From an uncultured Prevotella sp. (GTDB lineage: Bacteria > Bacteroidota > Bacteroidia > Bacteroidales > Bacteroidaceae), in the NCBI GenBank assembly GCA_946415825.1, contig CAMKUA010000008.1:3812-67811 (forward strand): a stretch of DNA of 64,000 nt. The letters are read 5' to 3'. The notes below the pieces were generated by a model. The model was given only the letters and a program-made list of their open reading frames with translations. It made no database searches and was not told the origin of the DNA. How positions within the stretch are numbered: position 1 is the first letter of the stretch; every line of letters begins with the position of its first letter. Both the position numbers and the translations under genes were made by a program. Below are positions 48,536-57,779 of this stretch, piece after piece.

Positions 48536-51484
48536 ATGAGAAAAGTGATACTCATTGTAACCGCCCTAGCGATGGCGGTTACGTCGTTCGCACAGCGAAC
48601 GGTAACAGGAAAGGTTGTAGAACAGGATACTCAGGAAGCCGTTATCCAGGCTACTGCTGCCCTGCTCTCAGGTGAGAAAGTTGTTGCTAATGCAGTGACC
48701 AATGCCAATGGAGGATTCTCCATGAAGGCTCCGCGCGACGGCAGCTACACCCTGCAAGTGACCTACGTGGGATTTAAGACCTACACCAAGAAAATCAATA
48801 TCAAGGACGGTAAGGACTATCATGCCGGCACGATCAAAATCGAGCCCGATGCCATTATGCTGCAGGGTGCTACGGTGACGGCTCATGCCTCGAAGGTGAC
48901 GCTGAAGGCCGATACCTTTGTATATAATGCCAACGCCTTCCGTACCCCTGAGGGCTCGGTAGTGGAGGAACTCGTCAAGCGTCTGCCTGGTGCTGAGGTG
49001 AGCGACGACGGTACGATTAAGATTAACGGTAAGGAGGTCAAGAAGATTCTTGTTGACGGTAAGGAGTTTATGACGGGCGATACCAAGACCGCTATGAAGA
49101 ACCTGCCCACCAACATCATCGACCGTATTAAGGCCTACGACCAGCAGAGCGACCTGGCCCGCATCTCGGGTATTGAGGACGGTGAGGAAGAAACCGTACT
49201 CGACTTCGGTATCAAGCAGGGCATGAACAAGGGCGTGATGGTGAACGCCGATGTGGCAGCAGGTACCAAGCACCGCTATTCCGGACGTATCTTCGGAGGT
49301 GTGATGAAGAACGACCTGAAGGTGTTTCTTATGACCAATGCCAACAACACCAACGATATGGGATTCCCCGGAGGCGGTGGCGGTGGCCGTTGGGGCGGCG
49401 GGCGCCAGGGACTGACCGCCAACAAGATGGCCGGTGTGAACATCAACTACGAGAAGACCGACAAACTGAAGGTTGACGGTAGTGTGCGCTGGAATCACAG
49501 CGACGGCGACGTGAGGTCGAAGGGATCTACCGAGACCTTCTTCAGCGATAAGATGTCGTCGTTCGGCAACAGCCTCAGTCAGAATTACAGCCGCTCGAAC
49601 AACTGGAATGCACAGATGCGACTGGAGTGGCAGCCCGACTCGATGACCAACATCATGTTCCGTCCTAACTTTCGCTATAACTCCAACGACGGTACTAACA
49701 ACAGTACGAATGCCACGTTTACAGAAAACGAAAATCCCTATAACTATACGACCGACCCTCTGAGCGATATCGGCAGACTGATCGACAAGGGAATCGTGAA
49801 AAACCTCAATATGCAGGATGGCATCAACTATAGCGACTCGAAGAATCTGGGCGGTATGCTGCAGTTTAACAGAAAGCTGAGCAACAACGGCCGAAACATC
49901 ACACTGCGCCTGAACGGTAACTGGAGCGAGGGCACCAGCAAGTCGATGTCGAACAACTATATCTACCTCTTCACCAATCCCCTGGACCCCGACACGACGA
50001 TGACCAACCGCTATAATCTGACTCCGGAAGACCGCTGGAGCTATAGCGCACGTCTCACGTATAGCGAGCCCATTTTCCGTCAGGTCTATCTCCAGTTCAG
50101 CTACACCTATCAGTACAGCTATACCAAGAGCGACCGTGCTACCTACAGTCTGACGGGCGTGAACTATATGGACATCGCCCCCGAGTATCGTAACTGGGAC
50201 GCCTATCTGAGTCGGCTTACCAATCCTCTCGACTATTACGAGGATTCGAACCTGAGCCGTATGTCGGAGTACAAGAACTATACCCATACGGGCGAGGTGA
50301 TGCTGCGCATCGTGCGCAAGGCCTATAACTTCAACATCGGTTTCCAGGTGATTCCCCAGAAGTCGCACTTTATTCAGGACTATCAGGGCGTTCATGCCGA
50401 CACCACGCGAACGGTGACCAACTTCACCCCGACGCTCGACTTCCGTTGGAAGAAGTCGGCCACAGGCCAGCTGCGCTTCACCTATCGCGGTCGTACCCAG
50501 CAGCCCTCGATGAGCGACCTTCTCGATATCCGCGACGATAGCAACCCCCTGCGCATCTCAACGGGTAATCCTGGTCTGAAGCCCTCGTTCACCCAGAACT
50601 TCAACCTCTTCTACAACGACTATTTCCAGAAGCACCAGCGGGCTGTGATGACCTTCGTGAACTTCTCGACGACGAGCAACTCGATAGCCAACAAGTCCAC
50701 CTATAACCCAGAGACTGGTGGTACGATCACCCGTCCCGAGAACATCAACGGCAACTGGAACGGTAATCTGGGCTTTATGTTCAATACCGCAGTCGATTCA
50801 GCCGCCTTCTTCAATGTCAACACGTTTACCAACCTGAGCTACAATCACAACGTAGGCTATGTCAGCGTGGGAAGTGAAAAAGACTCGCAGAAGAGTGTTA
50901 CCAATACGCTCGGCATAGGCGAGCGCCTGGCTGCCAGCTATCGTAACGAGTGGCTCGAGGTCGAGCTCAACGGCTCGTTGAACTACAACCATTCTCGCAG
51001 CGAACTTCAGCCCAACAACAACCTCGACACCTGGCAGTTCTCCTACGGAGGAATGGTCGGCGTAACCGCTCCCTGGGGCACCTCGCTGACAACCAACCTG
51101 AATATGCAGAGTCGTCGCGGTTATAACGACAATTCGCTGAACACCAACGAACTGATATGGAATGCCCAGGTGTCGCAGAGTTTCCTGAGGGGCAACGCGC
51201 TCACCATCTCGCTCCAACTCTACGATATCTTGCACCAGCAGTCCACCATCAGCCACATGATCTCTGCCAGCCAGCGTAGCGACACAGAGTATAACGCTAT
51301 CACCAACTATGCGATGCTCCACGTCATTTATCGTCTGAACCTCTTTGGCGGTGGCGGCGGCTTCGGCTTCGGCGGCGGTCCTCGTGGCGGCGGTCCTGGC
51401 GGACGCGGTGGCGGCTTTGGCGGTCCTCGTGGTGGCGGCGGTCCTCGTGGTGGCGGCGGCTTTGGCGGTGGTCGCAGATTCTAA
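48536..51484 (+). CDS. Outer-membrane beta-barrel / TonB-dependent-receptor-like protein with N-terminal carboxypeptidase-regulatory-like domain
   Basis: DTFVYNA, LVKRLPGAEV, GNPGLKPSF, barrel strands; Gly-rich tail ending in F. Confidence 0.85.
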   Translation: MRKVILIVTALAMAVTSFAQRTVTGKVVEQDTQEAVIQATAALLSGEKVVANAVTNANGGFSMKAPRDGSYTLQVTYVGFKTYTKKINIKDGKDYHAGTIKIEPDAIMLQGATVTAHASKVTLKADTFVYNANAFRTPEGSVVEELVKRLPGAEVSDDGTIKINGKEVKKILVDGKEFMTGDTKTAMKNLPTNIIDRIKAYDQQSDLARISGIEDGEEETVLDFGIKQGMNKGVMVNADVAAGTKHRYSGRIFGGVMKNDLKVFLMTNANNTNDMGFPGGGGGGRWGGGRQGLTANKMAGVNINYEKTDKLKVDGSVRWNHSDGDVRSKGSTETFFSDKMSSFGNSLSQNYSRSNNWNAQMRLEWQPDSMTNIMFRPNFRYNSNDGTNNSTNATFTENENPYNYTTDPLSDIGRLIDKGIVKNLNMQDGINYSDSKNLGGMLQFNRKLSNNGRNITLRLNGNWSEGTSKSMSNNYIYLFTNPLDPDTTMTNRYNLTPEDRWSYSARLTYSEPIFRQVYLQFSYTYQYSYTKSDRATYSLTGVNYMDIAPEYRNWDAYLSRLTNPLDYYEDSNLSRMSEYKNYTHTGEVMLRIVRKAYNFNIGFQVIPQKSHFIQDYQGVHADTTRTVTNFTPTLDFRWKKSATGQLRFTYRGRTQQPSMSDLLDIRDDSNPLRISTGNPGLKPSFTQNFNLFYNDYFQKHQRAVMTFVNFSTTSNSIANKSTYNPETGGTITRPENINGNWNGNLGFMFNTAVDSAAFFNVNTFTNLSYNHNVGYVSVGSEKDSQKSVTNTLGIGERLAASYRNEWLEVELNGSLNYNHSRSELQPNNNLDTWQFSYGGMVGVTAPWGTSLTTNLNMQSRRGYNDNSLNTNELIWNAQVSQSFLRGNALTISLQLYDILHQQSTISHMISASQRSDTEYNAITNYAMLHVIYRLNLFGGGGGFGFGGGPRGGGPGGRGGGFGGPRGGGGPRGGGGFGGGRRF

Positions 51485-51492
51485 AGAAAAAT

Positions 51493-51522
51493 AAGGAAGG
51501 TTCAATCGACCTTCCTTTTTTT
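51493..51522 (+). terminator. Intrinsic terminator
   Basis: aaggaaggt-tcaatcg-accttcctt followed by a T-run. Confidence 0.8.
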
Positions 51523-51705
51523 CTTCTTCTTCACATTGATAGGTGTGCTCCTGGGGAACGCGATGCTAAAGGCCAAGCCAACTGAATGTCAAACTGGCAT
51601 ATTATAAGTCCTCGCCAACTGAATGATTATACTCGTTATCATAGTATATCACTATACAGTAACGCCAAAGAGGTTGGCCTTCAAGACGGGTTGTTTTTTT
51701 GCGGA

Positions 51706-52176
51706 TTAGGGAAGGAATTTCTTGTAATAAATGGTTGCAGTTACCAGCAGCTCGCCAGCTTTCTGCTCTAATTTCATCGTTAGGGTCTTTGTGTCTTGGT
51801 CGTAAAAAAGATCTTCTGGGCTGTCACCATCTCCTTTTATTGTGACAGTATTACCATTGATGGTGTATGTAGCGGGTTCTTCAGCCCAATGAGGCAATCC
51901 ATCCGCACCTAGAGCCCATCCACATATAGTCGCCTTGTTGTTATTTTCGAAATTAAGTTCAATATATATTTGTGCATCATTATTCTTATCTAAGAGTTGT
52001 GTCATACTTTCTTCACCGTAAACAACAGTCATTTGATAAGATTGCCATAATCCTATGATATAGGTGTCTATGGGATTCTTCACTTCAATATCATTGTCAC
52101 TATTGCTACATGCCAGCATAAATGGCATTGCCACTAAAACTAATAGTCCCCCAAGAAATAATCTAAATTGCTTCAT
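51706..52176 (-). CDS. Lipocalin-like domain lipoprotein (AT-rich, accessory)
   Basis: Lipobox MLAC-SNSDND; IIGLWQ; YTINGNTVTI; own -7 element on the minus strand at 52219-52226. Confidence 0.7.
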   Translation of the reverse strand: MKQFRLFLGGLLVLVAMPFMLACSNSDNDIEVKNPIDTYIIGLWQSYQMTVVYGEESMTQLLDKNNDAQIYIELNFENNNKATICGWALGADGLPHWAEEPATYTINGNTVTIKGDGDSPEDLFYDQDTKTLTMKLEQKAGELLVTATIYYKKFLP

Positions 52177-52279
52177 AAAAAATGTTGTTAATAAATGAAT
52201 TAGGTCGTATTGACGTTGCAAATATAATAAAATAATTGCAAACTACCAATACTTTTTTTGAGAAAAATGCTACACTCGC

Positions 52280-52421
52280 TGTTGCAGTGTTGCAGTGTTG
52301 CAGTTCAAAAGTAGGTTATATGAAAGTCAAAAATTAACTCTATATTTATATATAAATATAGAAGTATTTTTAGGGTATGGGAATGGCTATAAGAGAACTG
52401 CAACACTGCAACAACTGCAAC
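52280..52421. repeat. Symmetric element: (TGTTGCAG)3 arm, 24-bp AT palindrome, inverted (CTGCAACA)3 arm
   Basis: Arms 52280-52306 and 52395-52421; TCTATATTTATATATAAATATAGA at 52339-52362; common axis at 52350.5. Confidence 0.9.
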
Positions 52422-52501
52422 GGTTTTGTGTCAACTGAAAAAAATCGAAGAAAAATGAAAAATTTCTGGCGAATTATTCGTGAACCGCAATCAGAAGGTA
52501 T

Positions 52502-52509
52502 TACCTTTG
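52502..52509 (+). promoter_or_regulatory. -7 promoter element (TACCTTTG) for the HU-like gene
   Basis: TAnnTTTGCA about 180 nt upstream of ATG 52692. Confidence 0.55.
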
Positions 52510-52691
52510 CAGCGTCGAATTGAAAAAGCGGAGAGACGGGGCTTGAGGATGAGAATTGCGAATTTTAAATCTAGAAAATGCGCGCAAAAAATGTAGCAAT
52601 CTTATTTCCTTAACAGCGCCTTCAGGAAGCGGAACGAGGCGACATAGAGAGTATTATTAAAATCATTAACAACAAAAAACTAAACTAGATT

Positions 52692-53261
52692 ATGGCTATT
52701 AAAGTTATTGCACAGCGACGTGAAGTGAAATTGGGTAAGAATCCTGGTAAGAAGTTCGTGATGCGCCCCGACCTCTACAGTCCCATCCAGGAGAAGAAGG
52801 TGTTCAGCGAGGCTGCTACTCATTCGGGTATCTCCGTAGGAGTGATCAAGGCGGCTTGGGATGCCGCTGGCGAGGTGATTCGCACGTGGGCCACCGAGGG
52901 CCACTCGGTTCCTCTGCCCGGTCTGGGAACGATGCGCTTCGGCGTGCGCTCGAAGGCGGTGGAGAAGCTGGAGGACGTGAAGACCAACCTGATCAGTGTG
53001 CGACGCATCGTGTTCACTCCCAACGTGGACGTGAAGGACGAGCTGAAGAATACCTCGATCCAGATTACCTGCCTCGACGAGGAGGGCAACGTGCTGAAGC
53101 GCGTGACCTCGGGCGACAGCGGCGAGATAGAGGACAATGAGGGTGGTGACGACAACCAGAGTCAGGGCGGCTCTTCGACGGGCTCGGACACTGGAGGCGG
53201 CAACACCAACCAGGGAGGCGGAGGCACTGACCCCGAGGAGGACGACCAGGGTAAGAACTAG
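52692..53261 (+). CDS. Bacteroidota HU/IHF-like (histone-like) DNA-binding protein with Gly/Asp-rich tail
   Basis: EGHSVPLPGLGTMRF...RRIVFTP HU-like arm motif; acidic GGST tail. Confidence 0.85.
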   Translation: MAIKVIAQRREVKLGKNPGKKFVMRPDLYSPIQEKKVFSEAATHSGISVGVIKAAWDAAGEVIRTWATEGHSVPLPGLGTMRFGVRSKAVEKLEDVKTNLISVRRIVFTPNVDVKDELKNTSIQITCLDEEGNVLKRVTSGDSGEIEDNEGGDDNQSQGGSSTGSDTGGGNTNQGGGGTDPEEDDQGKN

Positions 53262-53276
53262 CGGGGAGGAAGGTAA

Positions 53277-53393
53277 ATGAACAGGCAACGCATAGCCGAG
53301 ATTGCAGTGAAGGTGATAGTAGCTGCGCTCACCGCCTTCCTGACGGCCATCACCACCACCAGTTGTATGGGGCACGGACCGGTGGTGCTCTAA
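53277..53393 (+). CDS. smalltalk-family small membrane protein (38 aa; absent from the ORF track)
   Basis: MNRQRIAEIAVKVIVAALTAFLTAITTTSCMGHGPVVL; hydrophobic helix ending TTSCM, directly downstream of the HU-like gene. Confidence 0.8.
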   Translation: MNRQRIAEIAVKVIVAALTAFLTAITTTSCMGHGPVVL

Positions 53394-53447
53394 CCTCCAG
53401 GCGGGGCAGGCTGGTAATCCCCTATACCTTATATATAAATAAGGTGT

Positions 53448-53494
53448 AAAAAAAGAAACCCCGTCATCGGAATGTTGATGGCGGGGATTTTTTT
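53448..53494. terminator. Bidirectional terminator
   Basis: A-run, ccccgtcatc...gatggcgggg, T-run. Confidence 0.7.
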
Positions 53495-53501
53495 GTTTGG
53501 T

Positions 53502-53933
53502 TTATTTCTCTTCTTCCTTCTTCTCCTCTTCGGGCTCGGGGTCCTTGAAGTCGGTGATGCCGGCCTTGACGAGGATGTTGTACCAGGTGATGAGTTTCTT
53601 GATGTGACTGTTCTGCACGCGGTCCTGATCCCACTCGGGGAGTACCTTGCTGAAATAGTCGCGCAGCTCCTTGCCCGATGCTTTCTTCTCGTTGATGCTG
53701 GCAGGCTTGCCGCCCTCCAGGTTCTTCATGTTCTCAAGGACGTCCATCAGGGGCACATCGTCGGTCTCGGTAAACATAGCAATGTCGCTCAACGAGGTGA
53801 TGCGGTCGGTGGCGAAGGCGGGCATTCGCTTGTGGGTATCGTCGAGCGCCTCGACAATCAGGTTGTTGTTTCCTCTGGAAACGAGTTTGTAGAGTCCGGG
53901 CTTGCCGGAGATTGCTAAAATGGTCTGTTGCAT
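53502..53933 (-). CDS. DUF5606 family protein
   Basis: ILAISGKPGLYKL...DRV..SHIKKLITWYNIL. Confidence 0.8.
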   Translation of the reverse strand: MQQTILAISGKPGLYKLVSRGNNNLIVEALDDTHKRMPAFATDRITSLSDIAMFTETDDVPLMDVLENMKNLEGGKPASINEKKASGKELRDYFSKVLPEWDQDRVQNSHIKKLITWYNILVKAGITDFKDPEPEEEKKEEEK

Positions 53934-54481
53934 TGTTCTATAATCTTATTTAATTGTTGTTCTATATCTGCTTTCCCGTCGTTGACGAGTTGGAAGTCGG
54001 CCCTCGCGGCGACCTCTTCCTGGGGCAGCTGGCGCCCCATCCATTCGAGTACTTTCCTGCGAGAGATGTGGTCGCGCTTCATCACCCTCTGGATGCGTAC
54101 CTCCAACGGGGCGGTGACGACGACGACGCGATCGACGAGCCTGTAGATGCCCGACTCGTACATGATGGCGCTCTCCATCCATTGCATGCCGCTCTCCTCG
54201 AAGTCGCGAAACACGGCTGGGTGCACGATGTCGTTGATGGCTTGCTGATTGATGGCCGAGGCCAGCAGGAAGCGCGATACGGCTGCCTTGTTGAGCTGGC
54301 CTTCGCTGTCGTAGGTGTCGGGGCCCACGAGGCGGGTGAGCTGCTCGCGGATTTCGGGCGATGTACGAATGAGCCGCTTGGCGGCGCTGTCGCAGTCGTA
54401 AACGTCGTAACCACGCTGTCGCAGATGCTGACACACGTAACTCTTCCCGCTGCCGATGCCTCCGGCTATCCCGATCTTCAT
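53915..54481 (-). CDS. coaE: Dephospho-CoA kinase
   Basis: IGIAGGIGSGKS, IVHPAV, RVMKRD; start MKIGI. Confidence 0.93.
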   Translation of the reverse strand: MKIGIAGGIGSGKSYVCQHLRQRGYDVYDCDSAAKRLIRTSPEIREQLTRLVGPDTYDSEGQLNKAAVSRFLLASAINQQAINDIVHPAVFRDFEESGMQWMESAIMYESGIYRLVDRVVVVTAPLEVRIQRVMKRDHISRRKVLEWMGRQLPQEEVAARADFQLVNDGKADIEQQLNKIIEQCNRPF

Positions 54482-55467
54482 CACTCCTCTGCTTGTGTCT
54501 CGATGAGGTAATCTACCAGACTCGTCTCGAGTCGTGCCCTGGAGATGCCCGACGGCACATCCTTGAGGTAGATGCGGCACTTCTCCGACGGGTTCTGCTT
54601 GATCTCCTGATAGTCGGCTACGACGCGGAAGTCGGACGGGCGGAGGTTGCGGTAGACGCTGACGCCGGTTACGAAACTGATGGCCACTTTGGCCGGGAAG
54701 GTTCTCAGAATCTTACCCTCGGGCATGTTGATGCCCTGAATGGGCACACCCTCGATGCGCTCTTCGGTAAGGACGTCGGTGAGGAAACTGACCTTGATAT
54801 GGTCGGGCACCATCTTGACGCCCTTGAGCTTGCTGAGGTGACAGTTCACCACCAGCGTATCGCGGAAGTTGGCGTAGTTGAGCGGCTCCGTATATACCAT
54901 ATTTATACTGTCGAGTTTCTCCTCAGAGGCATAGACGGTCACGCTGTCGGGGGAATATTCCACGCGCGAGATGAAATAGAGCTCCTCGGGGATGACGCGG
55001 CCGCTCCACCTGACGGGCACCTGTTTCTTGGAGCCGTAGTTGTAGTAGAACTCCAGTTTCTCGGGCTTGGTGCTGGTAATCTTCGAACTGCTCAGCAGCT
55101 GCTGATAGACCATCTTCTGAAGGTCTTGCGCCGACACCACTCCGGTGCCGTTGTTGCGGGTGTAGTTCTTGAAGTGGATCCTGACGTTCTTCAGGTAGTC
55201 GCCGTAGTGATAGGCGGCCAGCACGATGCCCTTGTCGCGAATGGTCATCTTCACCGTGTCGATCTCGTCGGAGGTGAGTACGGCGTTCTTGGGCACATCG
55301 ACAATCGAAACGGGGATGGCAAACTCCTTCTCGTAGGTCTCGTTGAGTGTCAGCGACAGCCAGAAGATACCCGAGAGTGCCAGGAAGAACAGAAAAATCA
55401 GGAGTTCCCTGTTGATTCTGCTAAACAAGAAATTCCTGATAAACTGCCACAGTTTGCCTATACCCAT
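54481..55467 (-). CDS. YbbR/CdaR-like domain protein
   Basis: N-terminal TM; SPDSVTVYA, TFPAKV; nusB-yajC-ybbR-coaE synteny. Confidence 0.75.
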   Translation of the reverse strand: MGIGKLWQFIRNFLFSRINRELLIFLFFLALSGIFWLSLTLNETYEKEFAIPVSIVDVPKNAVLTSDEIDTVKMTIRDKGIVLAAYHYGDYLKNVRIHFKNYTRNNGTGVVSAQDLQKMVYQQLLSSSKITSTKPEKLEFYYNYGSKKQVPVRWSGRVIPEELYFISRVEYSPDSVTVYASEEKLDSINMVYTEPLNYANFRDTLVVNCHLSKLKGVKMVPDHIKVSFLTDVLTEERIEGVPIQGINMPEGKILRTFPAKVAISFVTGVSVYRNLRPSDFRVVADYQEIKQNPSEKCRIYLKDVPSGISRARLETSLVDYLIETQAEE

Positions 55468-55479
55468 CGCCGTTGCTTC

Positions 55480-55800
55480 TTACTTCTGAGCTGGGTTGCT
55501 GGCCATATCCTTGAAGACAGAGGTCTTCTCGACGGTGACTACGACATCGCGGGCAATCTTGACATCGACCGTGTTCCTAGTGAGGTCGATGCTCTTCACT
55601 GTTCCGTGGATGCCGCCTCCGGTCACTACCTCAGTGCCTTCGGTCAGCTCGTTCTGAAACTTCTGGATCTCTTTCTGCTTTTTCTGTTGAGGCTTGATCA
55701 TGAAGAACCACATAATGGCGAAGATGGCCACCATCATGATGATCATGCTCATGCCGCTGCCTCCTTGTGCTGCCTGGGCAGCTAATACAAAGTTTGTCAT
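55480..55800 (-). CDS. yajC: Preprotein translocase subunit YajC
   Basis: FFMIKPQQKKQK, VVTGGGIHGTV. Confidence 0.95.
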   Translation of the reverse strand: MTNFVLAAQAAQGGSGMSMIIMMVAIFAIMWFFMIKPQQKKQKEIQKFQNELTEGTEVVTGGGIHGTVKSIDLTRNTVDVKIARDVVVTVEKTSVFKDMASNPAQK

Positions 55801-55817
55801 AATCTACTATTTGTTTT

Positions 55818-56894
55818 TTATTTGTCTTCTTTCTCACCGGTAGGGGTGCTGCCTTTCTTGATGCGGGGCCTCATTTTCTTGGGCTTGCCGTCCTGAGTCA
55901 GCTGCTCCACGCGGATGGTCTTTTCTTTCCTCTCTTTGCTGTCTTTGCCGTCTTTGCCCTCTTTGGGAGCCATATGCTTCAAAAGCCGGCCGGTCTTGAT
56001 GAGATTGCGGGCAATGGCGTCGAGCATGCCGTTGATGTATCCTCCGCTCTTCTTGGTAGAGTAGAGCTTGGCTATATCCACATACTCGTTGATGGTGACG
56101 CTGATGGGGATGTTGGGGAAGGTCATGATCTCTGCAATCGCAATCTGCATGAGGATGACGTCCATATAAGCCAGACGGGAGAAGTCCCAGTTGCGCGAGG
56201 CTTCGCTCATATACGACTGGTACTGGTCGGCGTTGAGAATGGCGGAGCGGAACAGCTTGCGCGCGAAATCCTTCTCCTCGTCGCTGTCCCATTCGGGCAG
56301 CAGTTCTTCTTTGGCGCCGTTTTGCTCCTTGAAGCGCTTGATGGTCTTCAGCACAAAGGTGTCAACAATCTCCTTGTCGTCGTTCCAGTACAGGCTCTGG
56401 TCCTCCAGGATGGCATCCAGGTCGGCGTTCTCCATGATGAACGTCTTATACAGTTTCCGCCAAAGTTCGCGGTCGGCGTCATAGCTGTCCTCTTCGCTGG
56501 CCATATAGGCCTGATAGACCTCCGACTGCTCTATGACCTCGAGGATCTGCCCCAGGAATACGGCCGAGTCTTCCCAGACAAACTTCTGGGTGCTCATAAA
56601 CTCCTGAAGCGTCTTGTTCTCGCCCAACTGGATGGCGAAGCGGTTAAACACAAATTTTTGTGAAGGTTGCGGTGTACCCTCGCGCTTGGCACGAGCCTGG
56701 GCCACATCAAGCCTGCGGCCGGCCTCTTTCGTGATAGCCACGATAAGCGCCAGAAGATAGTTGTAAAGGTCATAGGCCTTTGACAGACTGAAGAAAAGCT
56801 CCTTCTCTGCCGAGTCGATGTTCTTGTTACCGTTTTGATAGTAAGCATAGGTTAACTGAACAATCTTAATTCTAATAATCTCTCTATTGATCAT
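55818..56894 (-). CDS. nusB: Transcription antitermination factor NusB (Bacteroidota long form)
   Basis: MINREIIRIK, NWDFSRLAYMD, VTINEYVDIAK, YINGMLD. Confidence 0.93.
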   Translation of the reverse strand: MINREIIRIKIVQLTYAYYQNGNKNIDSAEKELFFSLSKAYDLYNYLLALIVAITKEAGRRLDVAQARAKREGTPQPSQKFVFNRFAIQLGENKTLQEFMSTQKFVWEDSAVFLGQILEVIEQSEVYQAYMASEEDSYDADRELWRKLYKTFIMENADLDAILEDQSLYWNDDKEIVDTFVLKTIKRFKEQNGAKEELLPEWDSDEEKDFARKLFRSAILNADQYQSYMSEASRNWDFSRLAYMDVILMQIAIAEIMTFPNIPISVTINEYVDIAKLYSTKKSGGYINGMLDAIARNLIKTGRLLKHMAPKEGKDGKDSKERKEKTIRVEQLTQDGKPKKMRPRIKKGSTPTGEKEDK

Positions 56895-57060
56895 CTCACT
56901 TGATGCTTAAAATGTTTATTTCTAATTTTTTCTAAATAGTTTGTCATTACTCAATGTGCAAAGGTAGGCATTTTTCTAGGATTCTGCAAGAAAAAGCAGG
57001 AAAAATACGTTAAAAATGAAAAAAAACTTATCTCTCTTCACTCTTTTCACTTTTTTGTTG

Positions 57061-57068
57061 TACCTTTG
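57061..57068 (+). promoter_or_regulatory. -7 promoter element for rplY (TACCTTTG)
   Basis: Divergent partner for nusB on the minus strand at 56959-56966. Confidence 0.6.
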
Positions 57069-57156
57069 CACCGCTTTTTCTCAAAGCACTACGATTTTTC
57101 GTGTGATGGCGAATTAAGCATAACGGTTAATTAACTTAATTTAGAGTAACACAATT

Positions 57157-57762
57157 ATGAAAGAAATGAGCGTTAGTGGCCAGAAGCGTGCCACAACCGG
57201 CAAGAAAGCCGCCAAAGAACTCCGTAAGGAGGGTCTTGTTCCCTGTAACCTTTATGGTGAGAAGAAAAATGATAAGGGCCTTCCCGAGGCAGTGTCGTTT
57301 GCTATCCCCGCATCTCAGCTCCGCAAGGTTGTCTATTCTCCCGATGTCTATGTGGTGAATCTGACTATCGACGGCGAGGCCCACAAGGCTGTGATGAAGG
57401 AAATCCAGTTCCATCCCACAACGGATGCCGTGCTGCATATCGACTTCTTCGAGGTGAATGAGACCAAGCCCATCACTATCGGTATCCCCGTGAAGCTGAC
57501 TGGTCATGCTCAGGGTGTGCGCGATGGTGGTCGCCTGAGCCAGGCTGTTCGCCAGCTGAACGTGACGGCTCCCTATAAGCAGATTCCTGAGGTGCTGGAG
57601 ATCGACGTGACCGAACTGAAGCTGGGTAAGGCTATCAAGGTGGCCGAACTGAGCTTTGAGGGTCTTGAGATCGCTACTCCCTCCCAGGTCGTTGTATGCT
57701 CTGTGAAGGCTACACGTGCTTCTCGTTCTGCTGCTGCAGCAGGTGAAGACGCTGCCGAGTAA
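57157..57762 (+). CDS. rplY: 50S ribosomal protein bL25/Ctc
   Basis: LRKEGLVPCNLYG, IQFHP, HIDF, GVRDGG. Confidence 0.95.
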   Translation: MKEMSVSGQKRATTGKKAAKELRKEGLVPCNLYGEKKNDKGLPEAVSFAIPASQLRKVVYSPDVYVVNLTIDGEAHKAVMKEIQFHPTTDAVLHIDFFEVNETKPITIGIPVKLTGHAQGVRDGGRLSQAVRQLNVTAPYKQIPEVLEIDVTELKLGKAIKVAELSFEGLEIATPSQVVVCSVKATRASRSAAAAGEDAAE

Positions 57763-57779
57763 ATCCTTAACGATAGGGA

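Noticed and set aside
48668-50395. 575-aa antisense ORF, and other long shadow ORFs such as 18657-20045, 54493-55785 and 23758-24801
   Set aside because: They lie antisense to well-supported genes, as expected from codon bias, and carry no motifs.
51586-51771. 61-aa ORF
   Set aside because: It overlaps the 3' end of the convergent lipoprotein gene and has no promoter or motif.
52280-52421. Classical invertible (phase-variable) promoter
   Set aside because: The flanking genes have -7 boxes outside the arms. The only internal TAnnTTTG (minus strand, 52306-52313) has no correctly spaced -33, and there is no recombinase nearby. Not excluded without reads.
57070-57156. Ribosomal protein L25 leader RNA
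   Set aside because: Only a weak hairpin is visible and I cannot match it to a known model.
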